Of a stretch of 64,000 nucleotides of DNA, positions 53,601 through 62,240 are shown in pieces. The notes beneath the pieces were generated by a model that saw only the letters and a program-made list of their open reading frames with translations, ran no database searches and had not been told where the DNA came from. The stretch lies in NCBI RefSeq assembly GCF_006345805.1, contig NC_042998.1, positions 179,304,001 to 179,368,000 of the forward strand. Direction: 5' to 3'. Both the position numbers and the translations under genes were made by a program. Position 1 is the stretch's first letter. The number at the start of each line of letters is the position of its first letter. The DNA comes from Octopus sinensis. Lineage: Eukaryota.

Positions 53601-55653
53601 GGGTCCATAGGTCAAAAATGGTTGAGAACTACCAATCTAAAGTATACAAAAGCAGAAACTATGAAATGATTTAATTAGAGTTGGAGAGTCTTTGATTACA
53701 GAGTAGGAGGAAGTCCAGATAAATCATATGCCATGATAAGGACATACTTGATAGTTTGTATTATTCTTACAACTGAATTTGGTATTTACTTTTAATAAAA
53801 TAGTGAATCAGTTGTGGGCATGCTTCCTCCTTTCCAGATTAACAAAGGAATGAAAATGTATAAAGTTATTAAAAATATATGTTAATTTTACACTTGTTAA
53901 CCAAGGTAACTGAAGAAAATGTTACTTACAGTCTGAAATAGAATCGTTTATAGATATTATTGAAGAGCTTGGGTCTCCAAGAATGGCACCCATCGGCATG
54001 TAGAGAGATAATTCAAATGCTTCCATTCCCTCAACCAATGGCTTGCCTTTGTCATCTAAAATTGTCACCTGCACTTTCTGATAAGTGACACCTGGTGGGA
54101 AGGTGAGCACTTTATCAACTGTGATATAGTCAACACCAGCTGTAAATAAAAATAAAATAAAATGAAATATGTAACTTAAAAGAAAATATTAGTACAGAAA
54201 CATAGACATGACTTCTTTAATAATAAACATGAAACTCTGTCATGATCGTAAGATTGTGGTTTCGATTCCTGGATCAGGCAATGCTTTGAGTTCTTGAGCA
54301 AAACACTTCACTTCGCATTGCTCCAGTCCACTCAGCTGGCAAAAATGAGTAACGCTGTGATAGACTAGTGTCCCGTCCAGCTGGAGAGCACATACGCCAT
54401 AGAAACCAGGAAACTGGGCCCATGAGTCTGGCTAAGCTTTAAAAGGGCGCATTTATTTATTTATTTATCAAATTAACCAATACTGTATTTTGAAGTATAA
54501 TATCAACAGCCAGGTCTTAGATGTTTGACAGAATACTTTGATTCCTAATGGTATATCAATTTGGTACCCAAGTCATTGATAGTTTACAGTAGAATTAGAG
54601 TATCAACAATAAGATATTACATGCATGACAAAGACTACCTAATAATACTCATCATTAGGTATGAAATCACTGATATTTACAGTGGAGTATCCTATTTATA
54701 GTGGATACTCAAGAAGACCCATCTATCACAGTAGTATTGGCACTGGTACCACATAAGAAGCACTTAGTACGCTCTGTGGAGTGGTTGGGATTAGGAAGGG
54801 CATCCAGCCATAGAAACCATGCCAGAACAGACAATGGAGCCTTACCAGCTCTACTTAAACTGTCCAAACCATGCCAGCATAGAAAATAGACATTAAATGA
54901 TGATGATGATGAAGATGATGATGAATAGACCACTTACACTCCTTTTTCACCCTCCCCACCAGTACTGCCTATTGTCATCTCATGTTACTCTGTAAGCCAT
55001 ACTCTTGCTCCTTTCCTCTCACATGTCCTGGACCTCAGTCATCATCCTGTCTCCTGAGTCACAGACATTGCCACCCATCTCAGTCACTCTGTCTTGAATG
55101 AAGTACTTGTCTCATAATATTGAGTAGTCCTATCATCCTCTATAACACATCCCTCTTAACATTATCATTCAAGCCTTTATCACGTATACATCTTATTCTG
55201 TTTAAAGAGGCTGGTTAGCAAGCAGAGATGTAGGATTGTCAGATTACTTTAGTTGTGTTGAAAAACAACTACTTTTCAAATGCTGGTGTCACAAAATAAT
55301 ACAACTGAATACACAATTTAAAGTGTGAGGCTGTGAGGGCCTTTTAGCTTTGCTGGGGAGATGATAACTCTCTAGTAATAGTGCCATGAAAAAAATGCTT
55401 CTGGTACACTCTGTAAAGTAACATGTGTTAAGAAGTGCATCCAGTTATAGAAACCAAGTCAAACATTAAATTCAAGTAAGATGAGACCTTCCAACACATG
55501 CTGAGTTCAACGGTGATGACTTGTCTAACTCACATCAACATAGAAATTGGATGTAAAAACGATGATGATGATAATGATAATGATGATGATGGTGATGATG
55601 ATGGTGATGATGATGTACAGCAAAATAGAATATCAGTGGCAGAAGACTTTTGT

Positions 55654-55694
<41 letters not shown>

Positions 55695-58600
55695 TATTTT
55701 TACAAAATAACGAGAACAATAAAATTGAATATAACAAAGCATTATCTTTCAAGGCTACAATGAATCTACAATGATACAACATTTGAAATATAATGAAAGC
55801 ATTAATTCAAAAGAAATCAGTAACTATTCTGTTAGAATTTACCGAAAACATGGAAGATAGTGTTTTGTGTAAAGAACAAATGAAATAACTAATGTTTTGA
55901 AAAAATATATTTTGCTTGGGTATCCAACTCAAATTATTTCTGAAAACCTCTTTAATATTTTTCAATTGATAAAAAGATTTGTTTTCTGTTATGGAAGAGC
56001 TGCGGTCACCGGAATTAATTTTGGTATTTTCTCTTTTCTCTTTCATTCGTTTCAGTTATCAGACTGCAGCCATGCTGGGGCACTTCCTTGAAGAATTTTA
56101 GACAAACTTATCGACCCCAGTTCTTGTTATTATTATTCCTTTTTTTTTTTTTTTGTGAAACCTGGTACTTATTCTATTGAACTCTTTTGTTGAACTGCTA
56201 CGTTATGGGGGCATGAACACTGGTTGTCAAGCAGTGGTTGTGGGTGGGGGGAGGCAAACACTTACACAAAGACACACACATACACACAACCACACACACA
56301 CGCACGCACACATGTGTGTATGTATTCCACCTCTTTCCTCCAGCCATTTCATCATGTTGAACCTATGAAGCCCTACACATTATTTTCTCTCTCCATTTTT
56401 TTCCCTCTTAATCTTTTGTGGAAGAGCATAAACTCAAAAACACAAGACTTCTTCCCAAGGTTTAAATTAATACACCTGCTTGTTGCTCTTTCACCTGTCT
56501 TCGCCTTTTGTTTCTGTAAATTTGAACTATATATATATATATATATATATATTTACATATATGATGGGCTTATTTCAGTTTCTTATTTCTTTATTGCCCA
56601 CAAGGGGCTAAACATAGAGGGGACAAACAAGGGCAGGCAAAGGGATTAAGTCGTTTATATCGGCCCCAGTGCATAACTAGTACTTAATTTATCTACCCCG
56701 AAAGGATGAAAGGCAAAGTCGACCTCGGCAGAATTTGAACTCAGAACGTAGCAGTAGACAAAATACCGCTAAGCATTTCGCCAGACGTGCTCACGTTTCT
56801 ACCAGCTCGCCGCCTTAATTCAGTTTCTGTCTACCAAATCGACTCACAAGGCTTTGATCAGTCCAAGGCGTTTGCCCAAGGTGGCATGCAGTGGGACTGA
56901 ACCCAGAACCATGTAGTCAGAAAGCAAACATTTTACCACACAGCCATACCTGGTATTTATTATATATTTCTATTAACTTTGGGTAGATCAAAGATAGAAG
57001 TCTTTCTCAATGAGATTTGAGCCTCAAACTAAGGGGCGAAATTTGAATTGAGCATTACTTGAGGATGATTATTATCATTACTTTAACATCCACTTTTCCA
57101 TGCTGGCATGGGTTGGCTGAAATTCATTGATGCAGATTTTCTATAGCTGGATCTAATTTCCTATCATGAGTCTCCCACTTCTTTCCAAGCAAGATATATA
57201 TTATTCACAATGGCTAGACATGTTTCCACAGAAGAATGGAAATGTTCAACATCACTTGTCTGAAGGTGGTTCTTGTTTACATCTATTGTGAGACGTCAAG
57301 ACAGGGAGACATAAACACACACAAATGCACACACACACATACACACACATGTACTTTTCTAAGTAGTTATTTAAAATTTTATTTCAAACTTTGTTAAAAT
57401 TTAGAACATCTGTCATAACAACTGGAATACTTCTTTATACAGCTCTCCTCATCCTTATTCATTACATGACTGCTTCTTGCACCTAATTTTTTTCTTAATA
57501 TAATTGCACTTTGTCATACATCTACATTAACATTGCACATTCAGTGGAGCATGCAAGCCTCAAGTGTCTGTGTAGAGCTTTCCTTGTTTAACTCTAGACC
57601 AGATCTAATTGAACAGACCCACAATGTTCCAGTCATAATTTTTTTCAGGCATCATCATCATCATCATCGTTTAACGTCCGTTTTCCGCGCTAGCACGGGT
57701 TGGACGGTTTCGACCGGGGTCTGGGGAGCTCGGGACTGCCCCAGGCTCCAGTCTAGTCTGGCAGTGTTTCTACAGCTGGATGCCCTTCCTAACGCCAACC
57801 ACTCCGCGAGTGTAGTGGGTGTTTTTTACGTGCCACCTGCATAACATCTCTAAATCTACATTATCCAATATAAGAACCCTTTGTTGGTAACAGTAGAGTA
57901 CAATTTAAAGGTGGTTTGGCTCCATTTCTAAGCAGGTTAAGTCACTGCTTGGAAGGTTTTTTTTTTTTTGTTTGTGAAATCTACTTAACTGAAGTCACAA
58001 ATTACTCCAGACATTTTTCTTCAGTTAATTTTTTTCTTTCTCTAAAATTACAATGATTATAAATTTGACATTGCCAATATTATCAAAATTACAAGTAATT
58101 TTGTTTGTCAGTTCACAAGAGGATTTAATGATTGTCAGAATAATTTACTCTTTTCTCTTTTACTCTTTTACTTGTTTCAGTCATTTGACTGCGGCCATGC
58201 TGGAGCACCACCTTTAGTCGAGCAAATCGACCCCAAGACTTATTCTTTGTAAGCCCAGTACTTATTCTATCGGTCTCTTTTGCCGAACCGCTAAGTAACA
58301 GGAACATAAACACACTAGAATCAGATGTCAAGCAATGCTAGGGGAACAAACACAAACACACAAACATATACACACACACTTATATATATATACATATATA
58401 CGACAGGCTTCTTTCAGTTTCCGTCTACCAAATCCACTCACAAGGCATTGGTCGGCCCGGGGCTATAGCAGAAGACACTTGCCCAAGATGTCACGCAGTG
58501 GGACTGAACCCGGAACCATGTGGTTGGTTAGCACGCTACTTACCACACAGCCACTCCTGCACCTGATAACCTTTTCAGAAAAATAGAATCAAAACTTCAG

Positions 58601-58797
58601 AATCATTTGAGTGAAATTTATAAATGATAAGAAACACAGAAACTTACATTCAGCTGAGTAGATATTTGTACTCTTTGATCTGAGGGTTACACTTGAAGCT
58701 TGAGACAAATCTGGACCAACACGGTGGACTGAAACATCAATGTATTTCACACTTTCATCGACAATGTGGTGACCCTTTGCAAAGTATATTACTGGCT
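15929..58797 (-). CDS. FREM2: FREM2/ECM3-like extracellular matrix protein, multi-exon, 5'-partial (18 coding exons in window, about 1141 aa)
   Basis: Exons join in frame at AG/GT sites with matching phases (sum 3428 nt = 2 + 1142 codons including stop). The peptide follows vertebrate FREM2 collinearly as I recall it: RCYTRQG..MMDF.ERPN; [13 protein letters not shown]; [12 protein letters not shown]; EPFSAKLRY; [23 protein letters not shown]; CLWEFTSYY; [14 protein letters not shown]; GKRSIEYH; TM; TEV-stop. Orthology to FREM2 rather than FRAS1 rests on remembered similarity, not a search. Confidence 0.9.
17477..17623 (-). CDS. FREM2: FREM2-like exon 17
   Basis: ttacag|GAC...CAG|gtaaga, 147 nt, phase 0-0; [49 protein letters not shown]. 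Confidence 0.92.
18442..18629 (-). CDS. FREM2: FREM2-like exon 16
   Basis: ttctag|GA...TTG|gtaaga, 188 nt, phase 1-0; [62 protein letters not shown]. Confidence 0.92.
18880..19135 (-). CDS. FREM2: FREM2-like exon 15
   Basis: ttacag|ATC...TAT G|gtaatg, 256 nt, phase 0-1; [60 protein letters not shown]...DVFTY. Confidence 0.92.
19470..19672 (+). mobile_element. RTE-type LINE 3' end, 1 unit, (GAT)n tail
   Basis: cacccactacactctcggagtggttggcattaggaggggcatccaactgtagaaac...ggacgttaaacaatgatgatgat. Confidence 0.75.
19894..20195 (+). mobile_element. SINE-C, variant 3' tail
   Basis: catggattagtggttagggt..gtcgtgagttcaattcctgg..ttgtatccttgagcagaacacttcatttcacattgctccagtccactca. Confidence 0.8.
20769..20896 (-). 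CDS. FREM2: FREM2-like exon 14
   Basis: ttctag|AT...GGT|gtaagt, 128 nt, phase 1-0; [42 protein letters not shown]. Confidence 0.91.
21035..21370 (+). mobile_element. RTE-type LINE 3' end, 3 tandem ~64-bp units, (GAT)n tail
   Basis: gtgccggtggcacgtaaaaagcacc cores, then the shared tail. Confidence 0.8.
21575..21679 (-). CDS. FREM2: FREM2-like exon 13
   Basis: tttcag|GT...CTA G|gtaagt, 105 nt, phase 1-1; [34 protein letters not shown]. Confidence 0.92.
21890..22340 (+). mobile_element. RTE-type LINE 3' end, about 5 units
   Basis: Repeated gcaccatt/cgagcg..gttgccag..ctggc units, then ttaggaagggcatccagctgtagaaac and (GAT)n. Confidence 0.8.
22537..22729 (-). CDS. FREM2: FREM2-like exon 12
   Basis: ctctag|ATA...AAA G|gttaga, 193 nt, phase 0-1; [64 protein letters not shown]. 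Confidence 0.92.
23401..23632 (+). mobile_element. SINE-B, full length, 15-bp TSD
   Basis: ggcggcgagctggcagaa..gagttcaaattcc..gttgactttgcctttcatcctttc; TSD TATATAAACAGGTAT at 23386-23400 and 23633-23647. Confidence 0.9.
23665..24075 (+). mobile_element. RTE-type LINE 3' end, 4 units
   Basis: Cores near 23682, 23748, 23813 and 23880; shared tail. Confidence 0.8.
24360..24776 (+). mobile_element. SINE-A, full length
   Basis: ggcgtaggagtggctgtgtggtaagtagc...ggtttcagtccc...ctgaaacaagtaaaagaataaagagta. Confidence 0.9.
25940..26720 (+). mobile_element. Old RTE-related LINE 3' UTR remnant
   Basis: Pyrimidine-rich stretch followed by ctctgtaaagtggttgctgttaggaagggcatccagcc. Confidence 0.45.
26804..26966 (+). 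mobile_element. SINE-B, partial
   Basis: ggcagaaacgttagcac..gagttcaaattccactgaggtcgactt..ggggtcgatgtaatcgactt. Confidence 0.8.
27099..27198 (-). CDS. FREM2: FREM2-like exon 11
   Basis: tttcag|A...GAA|gtaagt, 100 nt, phase 2-0; [33 protein letters not shown]. Confidence 0.92.
27395..27735 (+). mobile_element. RTE-type LINE 3' end including the last ORF codons
   Basis: ...[16 protein letters not shown] resembles the RTE RT C-terminus (DR..W); followed by the shared tail and a long (GAT)n. Confidence 0.7.
28185..28452 (+). mobile_element. RTE-type LINE 3' end, 2 units
   Basis: Same cores and tail; the (GAT)n tail ends about 45 nt from the exon 10 donor. Confidence 0.8.
28496..28790 (-). CDS. 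FREM2: FREM2-like exon 10
   Basis: taccag|GC...TAC AG|gttggt, 295 nt, phase 1-2; [65 protein letters not shown]...ALRFY. Confidence 0.93.
28951..29359 (-). mobile_element. SINE-A, full length
   Basis: tttacttgtttcagtcatttgact...ccacacagccactcctacgcc. Confidence 0.9.
29680..29935 (-). mobile_element. CR1/L2-type LINE 3' end with (ATT)n tail
   Basis: Minus frame [22 protein letters not shown] matches the WNxLP..VV...S...FK terminal RT motif of CR1/L2 elements. Confidence 0.7.
30420..30584 (-). CDS. FREM2: FREM2-like exon 9
   Basis: tttcag|GC...ATC A|gtaagt, 165 nt, phase 1-1; [54 protein letters not shown]. Confidence 0.93.
30785..31265 (-). mobile_element. SINE-A interrupted by an oppositely oriented SINE-A 3' half (30951-31090)
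   Basis: 3' half at 30785-30925 (minus), inverted 3' half at 30951-31090 (plus), 5' half at 31100-31265 (minus). Confidence 0.8.
31384..31641. mobile_element. hAT-type MITE, 258 bp, 8-bp TSD
   Basis: TIRs CAGTGGTTC.../...GTTGAGAAACACTG; TSD TTTTAGAT at 31376-31383 and 31642-31649. Confidence 0.88.
31695..31902 (-). CDS. FREM2: FREM2-like exon 8
   Basis: tttcag|CCA...CCA G|gtaaaa, 208 nt, phase 0-1; [69 protein letters not shown]. Confidence 0.93.
32328..32545 (-). mobile_element. SINE-B, (ATT)n-tailed subfamily
   Basis: (AAT)n then cctttctactaaaggcacaaagcctgaaatt...ctgcccgctcgccacc. Confidence 0.8.
33460..33640 (+). mobile_element. SINE-A 3' half
   Basis: cttgacaaccaatgctgatgtg..gtaacttagtggttcggcaaaagagaccgatag..gactgaaacaagtaaaag. 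Confidence 0.75.
36356..36805. repeat. (TA)n/(TACA)n compound microsatellite
   Basis: Seen directly. Confidence 0.9.
36808..36960 (+). mobile_element. RTE-type LINE 3' tail
   Basis: ctcttggagtggttggcgttaggaagggcatccggctgtagaaac...(gat)n. Confidence 0.8.
37090..37222. repeat. (AG)n-(GACA)n-(GATA)n compound microsatellite
   Basis: Seen directly. Confidence 0.9.
37483..38103 (-). mobile_element. 5'-truncated RLE-type non-LTR retrotransposon (second family), degenerate, (CATA)n tail
   Basis: [77 protein letters not shown]; two stops and a frameshift. Confidence 0.8.
38160..38437 (-). mobile_element. SINE-C with a triplicated 20-bp 5' end
   Basis: cagctgagtggactggag..aagtgttttgctcaagaacacaa..ggaatcgaaacc..ctaaccactaagccac; three ctaagccac...ccaca units at 38378-38437. 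Confidence 0.85.
40565..40985 (-). mobile_element. SINE-A, full length, young subfamily, (CTCTTTTA)n tail
   Basis: Nearly identical to 58145-58560. Confidence 0.9.
41440..42410 (-). mobile_element. Older RTE-type LINE 3' end with long 3' UTR
   Basis: Minus frame [22 protein letters not shown] near 42330-42400, then a pyrimidine-rich UTR and the shared tail ending in (GAT)n. Confidence 0.6.
42415..42760 (-). mobile_element. RTE-type LINE 3' end, 3 units
   Basis: (cat)n tttaacgtccgttttccatgctagc...gtgctttt units. Confidence 0.85.
42903..43052 (-). CDS. FREM2: FREM2-like exon 7
   Basis: ttgtag|CAA...ACG|gtatgt, 150 nt, phase 0-0; [50 protein letters not shown]. Confidence 0.9.
43425..43555 (-). 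CDS. FREM2: FREM2-like exon 6 (Calx-beta C-half)
   Basis: ttgcag|AA...AAG|gttagt, 131 nt, phase 1-0; [43 protein letters not shown]. Confidence 0.9.
44140..44355 (+). mobile_element. SINE-B, older subfamily
   Basis: gagctggcagaactgtcagc..gaattcaaattctg..gggattgatgtaatcaact..ggccctgtgccaaaatttgaaacc. Confidence 0.75.
44578..44760 (-). CDS. FREM2: FREM2-like exon 5 (Calx-beta N-half)
   Basis: tttcag|AA...AGA G|gtaatt, 183 nt, phase 1-1; [60 protein letters not shown]. Not in the ORF track. Confidence 0.92.
45185..45420 (-). mobile_element. RTE-type LINE 3' end
   Basis: cgcttaacgtccactttccatgctagcatggg...ggatgcccttcctaacgcc. Confidence 0.85.
45432..45635 (+). mobile_element. SINE-B, older subfamily
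   Basis: agctggcagaatctttagcac..gtcgactttgccttc..ggccttgagcctaaatttgaaac. Confidence 0.75.
45697..45910. repeat. ~17-bp minisatellite (ACTGATTGGCTGAAATA-like) containing Y-boxes
   Basis: CTGATTGGYT at 45697, 45731, 45765 and 45815, with degenerate units between and after. Confidence 0.75.
46044..46225 (+). mobile_element. piggyBac-type MITE 5' fragment (second family)
   Basis: TTAA then CCCTTTCGT; internal sequence resembles 43200-43370. Confidence 0.5.
46735..47218 (+). mobile_element. RTE-type LINE 3' end with longer upstream part
   Basis: gaagacccgacaaatgaagtga (KTRQMK*), units, shared tail and (GAT)n. Confidence 0.8.
47305..47469 (-). CDS. FREM2: FREM2-like exon 4 (Calx-beta C-half)
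   Basis: tttacag|GT...GAC A|gtaagt, 165 nt, phase 1-1; [54 protein letters not shown]. Confidence 0.92.
47660..47860 (+). mobile_element. RTE-type LINE 3' end, internally deleted
   Basis: [17 protein letters not shown] remnant, then ttaggaagggcatccagctgtagaaac. Confidence 0.6.
48221..48423. mobile_element. hAT-type MITE, left end truncated
   Basis: Internal match to the 31384 and 53381 copies; right TIR gttgagaacaact. Confidence 0.65.
49368..49710. repeat. About 340-bp (ATT)n microsatellite
   Basis: Seen directly. Confidence 0.95.
49997..50217 (+). mobile_element. piggyBac-type MITE, 221 bp, TTAA TSD
   Basis: TTAA|CCCTTTAGCATT...AACACTAAAGAG|TTAA. Confidence 0.85.
50858..51590 (+). mobile_element. 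SINE-A with a SINE-C (about 51052-51330) nested in its central microsatellite
   Basis: 5' half 50858-51015; SINE-C head catagctctgtggttaagg..gggtttgattccc; 3' half resumes at about 51370. Confidence 0.8.
52483..52680 (-). CDS. FREM2: FREM2-like exon 3 (Calx-beta N-half)
   Basis: ttttcag|TA...TCA G|gtaagc, 198 nt, phase 1-1; [65 protein letters not shown]. Confidence 0.93.
53381..53634. mobile_element. hAT-type MITE, 254 bp, 8-bp TSD
   Basis: TIR CAGTGGTTCTCAACC / GGTTGAGAAC; TSD ATCTAAAG at 53373-53380 and 53635-53642. Confidence 0.88.
53930..54139 (-). CDS. FREM2: FREM2-like exon 2 (Calx-beta C-half)
   Basis: tttacag|CT...GAC T|gtaagt, 210 nt, phase 1-1; [69 protein letters not shown]. 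Confidence 0.93.
54237..54450 (+). mobile_element. SINE-C, A box truncated
   Basis: catgatcgtaagattgtggtttcgattcctgg..ctccagtccactcagctggcaaaaatgagtaac..gaaactgggccc. Confidence 0.85.
54730..54925 (+). mobile_element. RTE-type LINE 3' tail, diverged
   Basis: gagtggttgggattaggaagggcatccagccatagaaacc..(gat)n. Confidence 0.7.
56050..56950 (-). mobile_element. SINE-A split by expanded filler and a nested SINE-B
   Basis: 3' half 56050-56290; 5' half 56560-56582 continuing at 56819-56950. Confidence 0.7.
56583..56818 (-). mobile_element. SINE-B nested in SINE-A, 9-bp TSD
   Basis: TSD TTCAGTTTC at 56574-56582 and 56819-56827. Confidence 0.88.
57650..57842 (-). mobile_element. RTE-type LINE 3' end, CpG-rich (young)
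   Basis: cgtttaacgtccgttttccgcgctagcacggg...ttttacgtgccacc. Confidence 0.85.
58145..58560 (-). mobile_element. SINE-A, full length, young subfamily
   Basis: Shares diagnostics gtaagcccag, caatgctaggg and aagatgtcacg with 40565-40985. Confidence 0.9.
58648..58797 (-). CDS. FREM2: FREM2-like exon 1 in window (Calx-beta N-half)
   Basis: tttcag|AG...GAA T|gtaagt, 150 nt, phase 1-1; [50 protein letters not shown]. Confidence 0.88.
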
Positions 58798-59133
58798 CTG
58801 AAAGTGGAAGAGTGGGAAAAAGAAGATATCAATTTAGGAAAAGAAATTCCATAGTTTCTACACTGGTATAAACAATCTGAAGTTTTATAGGTTTCATGAT
58901 GGTACAATGTTTTGTTTATGAAATAAGCTGATAAAATATAGAGAACACTGGGTGAATTGTATCCTGGCTCCATCTCCAGAGAGGTTGCCATGTCTTCTGT
59001 AAGACAAAAATGGTTTTGCTATTCTGTGTTGTCTCCATTCTTCAAGAATGAGTGACAGACAGAACTAAAGACAGCTTATAATAGGTGTTTGTGGTGGTGG
59101 GGGACATTGGTCTATGGTATATATCATTGAAGA

Positions 59134-59367
59134 TAAGGCGGTGAGCTGGCAGAATTGTTAGCACACCGAGCGAAATGCTTAGCGGTATTTCGTCTACCAT
59201 TACGTTCAGAGTTCAAAATCCGCCGAGGTTGACTTTGCCTTTCATCCTTTCGGGGTCGATAAATTAAGTACCAGTTACGCACTGGGGTCGATGTAATTGA
59301 CTTAATCCGTTTGTCAGTCTTTGTTTGTCCCCTCTATGTTTATCCCCTTGTGGGTAATAAAGAAACA
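59134..59367 (+). mobile_element. SINE-B, full length, 18-bp TSD
   Basis: TSD GGTATATATCATTGAAGA at 59116-59133 and 59368-59385. Confidence 0.92.
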
Positions 59368-60014
59368 GGTATATATCATTGAAGAACCACATGATGGAGG
59401 ACGGAAAGGAGGTACTGTATAAGGATAGATCAGATATCAACCCTCATTATACACAGGTATCATGGTGGAAGAGAGGTAGTGTGAGAATGAGGTGATGATA
59501 GAAGAGAGATAGAATGATAAAAGTTGATGGTAGAAAAGCTGAATACAAACTTGTCGTATGGCATTCATCATTATACAAGTAACATGGTTGCATAATGAGG
59601 GATGCCATTGTTATAAAACCATGATGGATAGCATGAGTGATAGATGAGAAGATAACAAAAGGGGCAGTAAATGGAAACTTAAGAGGGAAATGGGTGAAGA
59701 CCCAATGAATATACTGCACATCCTAACCTCTATTATTGCCACCACAATTTCAATGACTGTTTCACCAGTGGGTGAGTCTTCTTCAAGATTGTATTGCTAA
59801 GCACTGCAGTTCTCTATCAGCTGAATCTGAGGTTCAAGGTTTTGTGATTTTTTCCCCCCACATTGTCCCATACCTTCATAGGGATTTCTTTTCCATTGGG
59901 TACATCTACTTTGACCATTTAGTATTTGGATTACTGTCAAATGTAATGCTTATTTATTCACATCATTTTGAATTAATCCTGCATTATCATGTAGCTTTGA
60001 GATTTAAATGATAT

Positions 60015-60235
60015 TCTTTTATTCTTTTACTTTTTTCAGTCATTTGACTGCAGCCATGTTGGAGCACCACCTTTAGTTGAAGAAATCAACCCACCAGGAC
60101 TTATTCTTTGTAAGCCTAGTACTTATTCTATTGGTCTCTTTTGCCAAAATGCTAAGTTATGGGGATGTAAACACACCAACATCGGTTGTCAAGTGATGGA
60201 GTGGGGACAAACACTGACACACTAACATATACATA
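60015..60235 (-). mobile_element. SINE-A 3' half
   Basis: cagtcatttgactgcagccatg..ctaagttatggggatgtaaacacacc. Confidence 0.8.
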
Positions 60236-60630
60236 ACATCATCATCATCGATTAACGTCCGTTTTGCATGCTGGCATGAGTTGGACGGTTTGACTTCGGT
60301 CTGGTGAGTCAGCGGCTGCACCAGGTTCCAATCTGGTCTGGTAGAGTTTCTACAACTGAATGCCCTTTCTAATGCCAACCACTCTGAGAGAATAATGGAT
60401 GCTTTTTACGTGCCACCAGTACAGAAGCCAGTAAGGCGGGCCTGGCAACAATCATGTTCGGATGGTGCTTTTTATGTGCCACCGGTACAGGAACCAGTAA
60501 GAGGTTACTGGCATTGGTCACAATCAGTTGGTGCTTTTTATGTACCACCGGCACCAGAGCCAGCAAGGCAAGCCTGGCAACGAACACGTTTGGATGGTGC
60601 TTTTTAAGTGCCACCAGCACAGGAGCCATC
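60236..60630 (-). mobile_element. RTE-type LINE 3' end, 4 units (spacing 65-67 bp)
   Basis: gctttt cores at 60401, 60466, 60533 and 60599; shared tail. Confidence 0.85.
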
Positions 60631-61096
60631 TTTTCTCCCAGCTCATTTGTAGTGTCATTCAGGCACTCTCATATTACCCATTTAGCAGAGAAGGGAGAAC
60701 ATCAGGTTATGAAATTAATGCCTGAATAATATGTATTTGTCTAACCCATGCTAGCATGAAAAAAAATGTTCATAAACCGGAACAAATGAATAAATCTGTA
60801 GAAGAATGGATGAAAAGATTGAGATAATAATAAAAAAAAAAACAACTACTATGCTTATGTGACTATCTACCCAGTATTGGTTCTACCCAATCACGGAACA
60901 AATGGATAAAATGTCTGGATGGATCAACTATTCTATTAGTAATATTATAAGCTCTGTGTGTGTGTGTGGCATGCACATGCTTGTGTAAGTGTGTCGGTAT
61001 ATACCATACATACACATACATGTATAAAATAAGGAATGATCTTTTATTTTCCTTTTTCATCATTTCTTTTTTGGAAAGAGAAAGTGAGTGGGAAGT

Positions 61097-61137
<41 letters not shown>

Positions 61138-62240
61138 GTGAATGAGTGAGAGCAAAAGAGAGAGAGAAAGTGAGAGAAGAGAGGATAAAAAGAGTGTGTG
61201 TGTGTGTGTGTATTTGTATGAGAAGTAAGTCTAATATTGTGTCTGCCGTTAGATAATCTGATGTAAAAGTCCGCATAGAAGGATAGAGATAAGATTGCTT
61301 GGTGTCAGAGGATTCACATCAAAGACTGCAAACTTCATAGTTTTATTAGAAAAGAGACATGTTGGAGAAATAAGGAAAGAGAGAAAGTAAAAAGAAAGGG
61401 ATTGAATTATCAGCAAAGGAATTGCTTTTTATGGCTGATGTTGTTGTATTTAGCCCTAGGTCAGTACTGATCAAGTATACCTATGATCAAAAGCGATTCA
61501 GTTGAGACCACCCTGTTTCTCTTTCAGGCATAGTGTGAGTGTGTGCATCTAAGACCACAAAGAAATTGAGTTAGTGAGAGGTGATTGATGGTAAGCTAAT
61601 GGTGAAGAGGAAAGGGACGCGGAATATATTCATCTTGTAAACTTCTCTTGGATTTGTTTAAAGATTAAATGCTACTGGGGATTGAATTAATGGTATAATC
61701 TAGATAAGAAGCATGGGCTGATTTTCTTTTATTTTTATTCCATTCCTTTTTTTTTTTATTATTTCAGTTTATTTGGTATTTTCTTATATTGTAATCAAGT
61801 GAGATTGGTTGATATTAATAGACTGCAAGTTTCTTGCTAGCACTATTGAATAAGTCTCTCATTTTGATCCTGTTTTGGTCTGCATTAGAAGACTGATTCA
61901 ATTATGCTTCTAATGATCTTGGGAGAGGCATGGATGTAACAACATCCATTTCTTGTCCCTTTCAGAGAAGAGAACATTTGTAGCTAACCCTAAACAAATT
62001 AAGCTCTTGTGGCAAACCAAGTCTGCAGACATTTCATTTTTGTCCTTGAATTCTTAGAGAAAGGAATGTATGTCACACAATCATCTTTTTTTTGCCATTT
62101 TTTCTTTTTTTTGGTTTTTGTTTTTCATATATGAAGGTTCATGTCTTTATAAGAAATCTAGTTTTAATGATTTGAAATACCTGGTTTGAAGTAGTAACTG
62201 ACTGAATCGATTCTGGCTTTATTACTGAAGCATTCTTTAA

